A stretch of 34,091 nucleotides of DNA from an uncultured Eubacteriales bacterium. GTDB taxonomy: Bacteria > Bacillota > Clostridia > Clostridiales > Clostridiaceae. The stretch is taken from assembly GCA_900317445.1 (NCBI GenBank), contig ONGV01000097.1, forward strand, positions 1 to 34,091. The letters are read 5' to 3'. This document shows, piece by piece, positions 27,061-34,091 of this stretch. A program made the position numbers and the translations under genes. The notes below the pieces were generated by a model. It saw only the letters and a list, made by a program, of their open reading frames with translations. It did not search any database and was not told the origin of the DNA. Every line of letters starts with the position of its first letter. The first letter of the stretch is position 1.

Positions 27061-28710
27061 ATGAGTAATTGGATTAATGAATCAGTATTTTATCATGTTT
27101 ATCCTTTAGGTTTTTGTGGAGCACCAAATAAAAATGATTGGGGTGAAACTGTTCCTAGAATAAAGAAGGTTATTGACTGGATACCACATTTAAAAAAAAT
27201 AGGAGTTAATGCAATTTATTTTGGACCATTATTTGAATCTACAGAACATGGATATGATACAGCAGATTATAATAAGCTTGACAGAAGATTAGGAACAAAT
27301 GAAGATTTTAAAGAAGTTTGTGATGAGTTACATAAAAATGGTATAAATGTTGTGGTTGATGGAGTATTTAACCATGTAGGAAGAGACTTTTGGGCTTTTA
27401 AAGATGTTCAAGCTAATAAACAAGATTCTAAGTATTGTGGATGGTTTGAAAATTTAAATTTTGGAGGTCCAAGCCCTATGGGAGACCCTTTCTGGTATGA
27501 AGGATGGGAAGGACACTATAATTTAGTTAAGCTTAATCTAAAAAATCAAGAGGTTGTAGATTATTTATTAAATTCAGTTGGAAACTGGATGGAGGAATAT
27601 AAAATAGATGGTTTACGTCTTGATGTTGCTTATTGCATGGATGAAGACTTCTTTAGAAAGCTTAATGCTTATTGCAAAGGAAAGAGAGAAGATTTTTGGC
27701 TTATGGGAGAAATGGTTCATGGGGACTATGCAAGACTTGCAAAGCCTGGAATGTTAGATTCTGTAACTAACTATGAATGTTATAAAGGAATATATTCTTC
27801 ACATAATGATAAAAACTATTTTGAAATAGCACATTCATTAAATCGTCAATTTGGAAGAGGAGGAATATATGAAAAAATATATACCTATAATTTTGTAGAT
27901 AACCATGATGTTAATCGTATAGGAAGTGTTTTAAGTAACGAAAACTATATATATAATGTATATACTATTTTATATACAATGCCAGGAGTTCCATCTATAT
28001 ATTATGGAAGTGAATGGGCAATTAAAGGAATGAAATCAAATGGTTCAGATGCACCTATACGTCCATGTTTAGAATTAAATAATATGGATGATAATTGTAA
28101 GTTAATTAAACATTTAGAAAGATTAGCTTATGCAAGAAAGAATTCTTATCCTTTAAAATATGGAAGCTATGAGCAGGTATTAGTTAGAAATCAACAATTT
28201 GTTTTTTGCAGAGTTTCTGGAGATGACAGAGCATATATAGCAGTTAATTTAAGTGATAATGATGAATACTTAAACTTTAATGTAAACAAAAATGAAGAAT
28301 TTAAGGATTTATTAACTGGAGAAAGTATAGGTGTAAATAATTATAATGTAAATATTAAGGTACCAGCTTTTAGTGGAAAAATTTTAGTAGTAGCAAGTTC
28401 TTTGAAAGAAGAATTTGAAGAGAAAAAAGAAGTTAAAGTAGAAGAAGTTAAAGTAGAAGAAGTTATTGAAGAGAAGAAAGAAGAAACTTTAGAAAATAAA
28501 GAAGATGTTTTAAAAGAAAAAAAATGTGAAGAAAAAATATTACAAGAAGAAATTAAAGAAGCAAAAGTAGTTTCAAATTTAGAAGAAGAAAAAACAATTT
28601 CAGAAGAAGAAACTAAAGAAGCAAGAATAAAAATATTAAATGATAAGTTAGATGCACTTCAAACTCTTATAAATGATTTAAGAAAAGAAGTAGAGGAATT
28701 AAAGAAATAA
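27061..28710 (+). CDS. Cytoplasmic GH13 alpha-amylase/cyclomaltodextrinase-like enzyme with Glu/Lys-rich C-terminal tail
   Basis: HGYDT, DGVFNH, DGLRLDVA, MGEMV, FVDNHD, PSIYYGSE; no signal peptide. Confidence 0.9.
   Translation: MSNWINESVFYHVYPLGFCGAPNKNDWGETVPRIKKVIDWIPHLKKIGVNAIYFGPLFESTEHGYDTADYNKLDRRLGTNEDFKEVCDELHKNGINVVVDGVFNHVGRDFWAFKDVQANKQDSKYCGWFENLNFGGPSPMGDPFWYEGWEGHYNLVKLNLKNQEVVDYLLNSVGNWMEEYKIDGLRLDVAYCMDEDFFRKLNAYCKGKREDFWLMGEMVHGDYARLAKPGMLDSVTNYECYKGIYSSHNDKNYFEIAHSLNRQFGRGGIYEKIYTYNFVDNHDVNRIGSVLSNENYIYNVYTILYTMPGVPSIYYGSEWAIKGMKSNGSDAPIRPCLELNNMDDNCKLIKHLERLAYARKNSYPLKYGSYEQVLVRNQQFVFCRVSGDDRAYIAVNLSDNDEYLNFNVNKNEEFKDLLTGESIGVNNYNVNIKVPAFSGKILVVASSLKEEFEEKKEVKVEEVKVEEVIEEKKEETLENKEDVLKEKKCEEKILQEEIKEAKVVSNLEEEKTISEEETKEARIKILNDKLDALQTLINDLRKEVEELKK
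28429..28464 (+). repeat. 15-nt coding tandem repeat (EVKVE)
   Basis: GAAGTTAAAGTAGAA repeated about 2.4 times in the amylase tail. Confidence 0.7.
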
Positions 28711-28726
28711 GAATATTAAGCAGAAG

Positions 28727-28840
28727 CAAAAAAATAATAGAACTGTTTTATTAAGAAATATTAATGTAGAGTATTGTATTAAGATGTTATTATGCAATAT
28801 TTATTTTGAAATTTCTTTTTGGCATGGTTCTATTTTTTTG
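28727..28840. terminator. Long imperfect inverted repeat / terminator
   Basis: Nested arms AATAGAACTGT/ATGGTTCTATT, AAGAAAT/ATTTCTT and AGTATTGTAT/ATGCAATATT; T tract at the 3' end. Confidence 0.55.
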
Positions 28841-28951
28841 TGATAAAGTTTATATAACTAAATAAAGAAACAAGAAGTGATAAAATTTTGATGAAGAAAT
28901 ATAAAAAATATGTCGAGAAAAATTTAAATGAAATCAATTACTTTAATTTTA

Positions 28952-29001
28952 TTGACTTTAGAGGAAAATACGGTAAAATAAATTATGAAAAGAATTTCAT
29001 A
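28952..29001 (+). promoter_or_regulatory. Sigma-A promoter and LacI/cre-like operator of pulA
   Basis: TTGACT-N16-TAAAAT (28952-28979), then the palindrome TATGAAA-AGAA-TTTCATA (28984-29001) over the predicted +1. Confidence 0.55.
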
Positions 29002-29016
29002 AGGAGATGGGAAAAT

Positions 29017-32000
29017 ATGAAGAATTTTAAAAAATTGTTTGCTTTTCTTTTAGCTTTTGTTTTTGTAGCAGCTTTAATAAAAGTTCCATTTACAACAAAA
29101 GCAGATGAAGCAACACCACAATCAGTGATTGTAAAGATTAAATATTCAAGAGCTGATAATGATTATTCAAATTGGGATGTTTGGACATGGGATGATAAAG
29201 GAAATCCTGGTACAGCAAAAGAATTTCAAGGGGTAGATAGCGAAGGAGCTTATTTAATACTTGAAACAACATCAGATTCAAATTTAGGTTTTATAATAAG
29301 AAAAAAAGATTGGTCTGATAAATTTGTTAATGAAGATGTAAAGCCTGACTTATCACAAGGAGATGTTGAATATTTAGCTGTTTTATCAGAAGATGGAAGC
29401 AGAAATTTATCAACTAGAGAATTTAAAAAGGCATTTGACAAGGTTACTTTAAATCTACACTACTATAGATTTGATGAAGATTATACTAATTGGGATTTAT
29501 GGGCATGGGCACCAGAAGGAAACAATTATGAGTTTACTGATGACGATTTCGGTAAGGTTACCACAGCAGAATTTTCTAATGTAGATGAAAATACTGAAGT
29601 AGGATTTATAGTAAGAAAGAATGACTGGTCTCAAAAAGACTGGGAAGCTGACAGATATATAAATAAAGCTTATATGAATGCTGATGGAGTAGTTGATGCT
29701 TACATAGTAAGTGGACAAGAAAAAGTTTACTATACTAAAGAAGCTGCACTTGAAGCAATTGAAATTGCTAAAAATCCTAGAGTTACTGAAGCAAATATAA
29801 ATGGATTAAGAGAAGTTCAATTTGCTGTTAACAGTAAAGTAGGAGAAGATTTAGTTTTAAAAATAACTTCATCAGATGGAGAAGAAGTTTCATATGAAAG
29901 TATTGAATTAGATGAATCAGGATTATCTGGTATAGTTTATTTATCAGAAGATTTAGATTTAAATAAGAATTATACATTAGAAATTGAAGGTTTAGAAGGA
30001 AAACAATTAATGCCAGGTAAGGTATATGATAGCGAAGAATTTGCTAAAGCTTATACTTACAATGGAGAATTAGGCGCAGTTTACAGTAAACTTGGTACAA
30101 CATTTACACTTTGGGCACCAACAGCTTCTGATGTAAAGGTAGCTTTATATGGAACTGATGGTAAAAACATTGGAGAAGCTGAAAAAGTACTTCCAATGAC
30201 TAAAGGTGAAAATGGTTCTTGGTCACTTAACTTAGCTGGAGACCAAAAAGGTCAATTCTATAACTATTTAGTAACAATTGATGGAACTACTAATGAAGTA
30301 GTAGACCCATATGCAAAAGCAGTTGGAGTTAATGGTAAACAAGGTATGGTTGTAGATTTAGCTTCAACAAATCCAGAAGGATGGGATGAAGATATAAAAC
30401 CAGTACTTGAAGACCCAACAGATGCAGTTATTTATGAAATGCACATAAGAGATTTCTCTATTTCAGATAACTCAGGAATATCACTTGAATATCAAGGTAA
30501 ATATAATGGTGTATGGCAAGAAGGAACTACAATTCCAGGAACTGATGTTAAGACTGGAGTAGACCACTTAAAAGAATTAGGAGTAAATGTTGTTCATATA
30601 CTTCCAACATTTGACCATCAATCAATTGATGAAACTAAGTTAGATGTTCCTCAATTTAACTGGGGATATGACCCTAAAAACTACAATGTACCAGAAGGTT
30701 CTTATTCATCTGACCCATATACTGGAACAATAAGAATTGAAGAATTTAAGAAAATGGTTCAAGAACTTCACAAAAATGGAATAAGAGTAGTTATGGACGT
30801 TGTTTATAACCATACTGGAGCTACTTTAGATTCAAATCTTAACTTAGCAGTTCCAAATTATTATTACAGACAAGCTGCAAATGGAAACTTCTCAAATGGT
30901 TCAGGTTGTGGAAATGAAACAGCATCAGAACGTTCAATGGTTAGAAAGTTTATGGTGGATTCAGTAACTTATTGGGCAAAGGAATACCACATAGATGGAT
31001 TTAGATTTGACCTTATGGGATTACATGATATAGACACAATGAAAGAAATAAGAACTGAATTAAATAAAATTGATGATTCAATTCTTATGTATGGTGAAGG
31101 ATGGACTGGTGGAGAATCTCCATTAGCACAAGACAAGGCTGCTCTTAAAGCAAATACAACTCAATATGGTGATTTACAAATAGCTGCATTTAGTGATGAC
31201 ATAAGAGATGGTATAAAGGGACATGTATTTACAGCAACAGCTCCAGCATTTATTAATGGTGGACAAGGATTTGAAGAAACAATTAAATTTGGTATTGTAG
31301 CTTCAACACCAAATGACCAAGTTGATTCAAGTAAGGTTGCAAACAAAACTAAAGCTTGGGCAAATGAACCATATCAAACAATAAACTACGCTTCAGCTCA
31401 TGATAACTTTACTTTATGGGATAAGTTACAAACAACTAATCCAGAAGCTTCAAGAGATGAATTGGTTCAAATGAACAAAATGTCAGCTGCAATAATTTAT
31501 ACTTCACAAGGTATACCATTTATGCAAGCTGGTGAAGAAATGGCAAGAACAAAAGTTAATGCAGATGGAACATTTAATGAAAACAGCTATAATGCACCAG
31601 ATTCAGTTAACCAAATTGATTGGGAAAGAAAAGTAGAATATAGTGATTTATATGATTACTATAAGGGCTTAATTTCTATGAGAAAAGCTCACAAAGCATT
31701 TAGAATGAACAGTACTGAAGATATTCAAAAGAGTATTAACTTCTTAGACAAACAACTTGAACTTCCAGCTAATGTTGTAGGATATACATTAAGTGGAGAA
31801 GCTTCAAATGATGTTTGGAAAAACATAATGGTAGTATTTAATGCAAATGATACAGATGTTGAAATTCCACTTTACAATGGAGATTTAGATTGGGAAATTG
31901 TTGTTAATGGAGAAACTGCAGGAGTTAAATCTTTAGGAAGCATAAAAGGTTCAGAAGGTTTTGTAGTAGTTCCAGCACATACTTCTTATGTTTTAGTTGA

Positions 32001-32286
32001 TAAAGAAAGTTATGAAGCATCAATAGCTGATAACAATAACCCATCAGATGATGATAACAATAATGACAATAATAATCCATCAGATGATGATAAGAACAAT
32101 AATAATAACAATAATCCATCAACTGGTGATAATAACAACAATAATTCTTCAAATACTAATAATTCAGGTTCATCAAATGCACCATCTAAAACTGGAGATT
32201 CTAATAATATAATTTTAGTTTTAGCTTTAATTGGAATTTCAGCAGCAGGAGTTATAGTATTTTCTAGAAAGAAAAAGATATCTTAA
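29017..32286 (+). CDS. pulA: Cell-wall-anchored type I pullulanase (two CBM41-like modules, CBM48, GH13)
   Basis: Signal peptide from ATG 29017 (SD AAGGAG). Two YxRxDxDYxNWDxWxW modules, FTLWAPTA, FNWGYDP, DVVYNH, GFRFDLMG, YGEGW, SAHDN. C-terminal PSKTGD + TM + RKKK sorting signal. Confidence 0.95.
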   Translation: MKNFKKLFAFLLAFVFVAALIKVPFTTKADEATPQSVIVKIKYSRADNDYSNWDVWTWDDKGNPGTAKEFQGVDSEGAYLILETTSDSNLGFIIRKKDWSDKFVNEDVKPDLSQGDVEYLAVLSEDGSRNLSTREFKKAFDKVTLNLHYYRFDEDYTNWDLWAWAPEGNNYEFTDDDFGKVTTAEFSNVDENTEVGFIVRKNDWSQKDWEADRYINKAYMNADGVVDAYIVSGQEKVYYTKEAALEAIEIAKNPRVTEANINGLREVQFAVNSKVGEDLVLKITSSDGEEVSYESIELDESGLSGIVYLSEDLDLNKNYTLEIEGLEGKQLMPGKVYDSEEFAKAYTYNGELGAVYSKLGTTFTLWAPTASDVKVALYGTDGKNIGEAEKVLPMTKGENGSWSLNLAGDQKGQFYNYLVTIDGTTNEVVDPYAKAVGVNGKQGMVVDLASTNPEGWDEDIKPVLEDPTDAVIYEMHIRDFSISDNSGISLEYQGKYNGVWQEGTTIPGTDVKTGVDHLKELGVNVVHILPTFDHQSIDETKLDVPQFNWGYDPKNYNVPEGSYSSDPYTGTIRIEEFKKMVQELHKNGIRVVMDVVYNHTGATLDSNLNLAVPNYYYRQAANGNFSNGSGCGNETASERSMVRKFMVDSVTYWAKEYHIDGFRFDLMGLHDIDTMKEIRTELNKIDDSILMYGEGWTGGESPLAQDKAALKANTTQYGDLQIAAFSDDIRDGIKGHVFTATAPAFINGGQGFEETIKFGIVASTPNDQVDSSKVANKTKAWANEPYQTINYASAHDNFTLWDKLQTTNPEASRDELVQMNKMSAAIIYTSQGIPFMQAGEEMARTKVNADGTFNENSYNAPDSVNQIDWERKVEYSDLYDYYKGLISMRKAHKAFRMNSTEDIQKSINFLDKQLELPANVVGYTLSGEASNDVWKNIMVVFNANDTDVEIPLYNGDLDWEIVVNGETAGVKSLGSIKGSEGFVVVPAHTSYVLVDKESYEASIADNNNPSDDDNNNDNNNPSDDDKNNNNNNNPSTGDNNNNNSSNTNNSGSSNAPSKTGDSNNIILVLALIGISAAGVIVFSRKKKIS
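32029..32160 (+). repeat. Asn/Asp-rich linker repeats (NNNPSDDD-type, three copies)
   Basis: Repeated AATAAYCCATCA units with AAT/AAC runs before the sorting signal. Confidence 0.75.
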
Positions 32287-32300
32287 TAAAAATAAGATTT

Positions 32301-32333
32301 AAAAAAAGATGGCTTATTTAGCCATCTTTTTTT
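32301..32333 (+). terminator. Intrinsic terminator
   Basis: AAAAGATGGCT / AGCCATCTTTT + T tract. Confidence 0.85.
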
Positions 32334-32517
32334 GTATTACATAATAAATTTAGCAGAAAAAACAAATTAGACTCATTTATGCTATATAAAAAATATCTTT
32401 TTATATTTATACTTAAAATATACTAAAAATGTATATGGAGGTAGTGTATGAGATATGAATCATAGGAAAAGGAATCTATAAATAAAGAGTATGCAAGTGA
32501 AATGGAGTGGAAGTAAA

Positions 32518-33567
32518 ATGAAAAATATAGACAAAGAATTAATCGATTGGGCAATAAATAAGATAAAAAGTGAGTATAAAGAGGATATAGCATTATTAAT
32601 CGGACAAGTAGGTGCCTGCAAAACTCCTGATGATGAGCAAAATATGTCATTTGATTTTTTTGTTCCAGCTACTGAAAGAGGAAATAACTTGGCTACAACT
32701 TTTATTATTGAAGATATGGGATATGACTTATACCCTATATCTTGGGAACGTCTTGAAGGAATTGCAAATTTTAATGAGCCACGAATGATTTTTGCAGTTG
32801 CTAAGGGTGAAGTTATTTATGCAAAAACTGAAGAGTATAGAAAAAGATTTAATGATATTAAAATAAAAATAAAGAATAATTTAAAAAATCCTAAATTTAC
32901 ATTTAATAAAGCACTAGAATTTTTAAATACAGCAATGGAGATTTATCAAACCATGATGTTTGAAGATTCATTATGTGCAGTTAGAAAAGCAGCTGGTGGA
33001 ATTAGTTGTTATCTTATGAATGCTATTGCAATAATAAATGGTCATTATCTTGTTAATGGATATGGAAATTTAACTTTGGAAATGAGAAATATGAAAGAAA
33101 TTCCTAAAAATTATGAAAAAATCTACAATGACATACTTTTAGCTAATTCTATTGAGGAGTTACAAAATAAAAGTCATGAACTAATAAAAACTACAAGAGA
33201 TTTTTTTATAATTCATAAACCAGATAATAATAAAAAAAATATAAATGAGCTTATTAATTATGATGATTTAGCTTCATGGTATCAAGAAGCACGATATTCT
33301 TTCCGTAAAATTGAATATTATTCAGAACATAAGTCCATTGAAGATTGTTTTTTACTAGGCTGTTACTTACAAATAGAATTTGATGCAATTAAGGAAGATT
33401 TTAATCTTAAAGAAATGGACCTTCTTGGTAGTTTCAATGGTGCTCATTTAAATGAATTTGCTGCAAAGGCAAAAAGTTTAGAGAATTATTTACTTAAAGT
33501 ATTAAAAGAAAATAATGCTTCGTTAAAGATATATCATGATTATAATGAATTTATAAAGGAAAATTAG
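32518..33567 (+). CDS. Hypothetical protein, possibly nucleotidyltransferase-like (KNTase-type) fold
   Basis: Clear 349-aa ORF from ATG 32518 (GGAG at 32504-32507). DIALLI...FDFFVP...FII..GYDLYPISWERLE resembles Pol-beta NTase N-domains, but the GS...DxD motif is not intact. Confidence 0.55.
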   Translation: MKNIDKELIDWAINKIKSEYKEDIALLIGQVGACKTPDDEQNMSFDFFVPATERGNNLATTFIIEDMGYDLYPISWERLEGIANFNEPRMIFAVAKGEVIYAKTEEYRKRFNDIKIKIKNNLKNPKFTFNKALEFLNTAMEIYQTMMFEDSLCAVRKAAGGISCYLMNAIAIINGHYLVNGYGNLTLEMRNMKEIPKNYEKIYNDILLANSIEELQNKSHELIKTTRDFFIIHKPDNNKKNINELINYDDLASWYQEARYSFRKIEYYSEHKSIEDCFLLGCYLQIEFDAIKEDFNLKEMDLLGSFNGAHLNEFAAKAKSLENYLLKVLKENNASLKIYHDYNEFIKEN

Positions 33568-33588
33568 CATATAAGGAGGTGGCATACA

Positions 33589-33855
33589 TTGAAGTATCGT
33601 AATGCAGCACATATCTTGCCAGATGAATTATTAAAAGAAATTCAAAAGTATGCTGCTGGAGAGGCAATTTATATTCCTAAGATACAGGAAAAGAAAAAAT
33701 GGGGTGAAAGTTCTGGGGCAAGAAGTTTTTATAATGAAAGAAATAAAAAGATTTGTAAAGAATTTGATAGTGGAATTAGTATTGAAAATCTTGCAGAAAA
33801 ATATGGATTGTCAGTAGACAGTATCAAGAGAATTGTATATAGAAATCGTAAATAA
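33589..33855 (+). CDS. CD3324-family / Mor-like HTH protein
   Basis: MKYRNAAHILPDELLKEIQKY..GEAIYIP...RNKKI...LAEKYGLSVDSIKRIVY. TTG start, SD AAGGAGGT. Confidence 0.85.
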   Translation: MKYRNAAHILPDELLKEIQKYAAGEAIYIPKIQEKKKWGESSGARSFYNERNKKICKEFDSGISIENLAEKYGLSVDSIKRIVYRNRK

Positions 33856-33892
33856 AAAATATACCTATCATAATTGGTAGGTATATTTTTTT
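33854..33892 (+). terminator. Intrinsic terminator
   Basis: AAAAAATATACCTATCA / TGGTAGGTATATTTTTT. Confidence 0.85.
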
Positions 33893-33998
33893 ATATAAAA
33901 GAATAGCTAAAGTTTTCATATTATAAAAATTCGAGCGAATATGACAAAAATGTCTATGCATATAAGTCGAAATATGTTAATATATAGAGGAAGAGAAA

Positions 33999-34013
33999 AA
34001 TTTTCTGAAAAGA
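33999..34013 (+). promoter_or_regulatory. CodY-box-like site abutting the next gene's SD
   Basis: AATTTTCTGAAAAGA, 13/15 match to AATTTTCWGAAAATT. Confidence 0.45.
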
Positions 34014-34023
34014 GGTGGGGTAA

Positions 34024-34091
34024 TTGGTTATATATGAAGATTTATTAAACTTAAAAGAGTATAAAAGTGCCTTAGGGCAAAATGAATTAAA
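34024..34091 (+). CDS. Start of an unidentified CDS, 3'-truncated by the window edge
   Basis: SD GAGGTG, TTG at 34024, open frame MVIYEDLLNLKEYKSALGQNEL to the end of the window. Confidence 0.55.
   Translation, partial: MVIYEDLLNLKEYKSALGQNEL

Noticed and set aside
28888-29016. 43-aa N-terminal extension of pullulanase in the ORF track
   Set aside because: The region contains the promoter and operator; the SD and signal peptide point to ATG 29017.
32330-32362. dif-like half site (TTATGTAA on the minus strand); a similar one at ~8518-8528
   Set aside because: Only the XerD-like octamer matches, there is no second arm, and gene orientation bias does not switch in the window.
224-32650. Short ORFs antisense to long genes in the track (e.g. 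224-430, 3963-4250, 8135-8526, 12531-12734, 14516-19752 set, 25373-25768, 29250-32152 set, 32423-32650)
   Set aside because: They are shadows of well-supported genes on the opposite strand, with no recognisable motifs.
33928-33972. Spo0A-box-like sequences (TTCGAGC, AGTCGAA)
   Set aside because: Imperfect 7-mers with no supporting context.

Overview
Very AT-rich, Clostridium-like chromosomal window. Most genes are on the + strand and there are many intrinsic terminators. Housekeeping and metabolic genes: ttcA-like, an L,D-transpeptidase, AraC-MATE, an NlpC/P60 hydrolase, gltBD, PAP2 + DUF368, a ComEC-like MBL hydrolase, hydE-hydF, a GH13 amylase and a sortase-anchored type I pullulanase. No rRNA, tRNA or CRISPR array was seen. 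Most notable observations: (1) an APC amino-acid permease fused in frame to an iron-containing alcohol dehydrogenase; (2) a collapsed IS607-type tnpB remnant whose omegaRNA/right end stops 5 nt before the ATG of a bile salt hydrolase-family gene; (3) an intact, stand-alone tyrosine-recombinase-fold gene with most catalytic residues replaced; (4) two genes whose only strong Shine-Dalgarno (SD) lies 26-37 nt from the ATG, with a hairpin that would loop out the excess spacer; (5) a DUF6508-like/degenerate PD-(D/E)XK fusion behind a perfect 27-bp CodY-like palindrome. Family assignments come from motif recognition by eye, not database searches.
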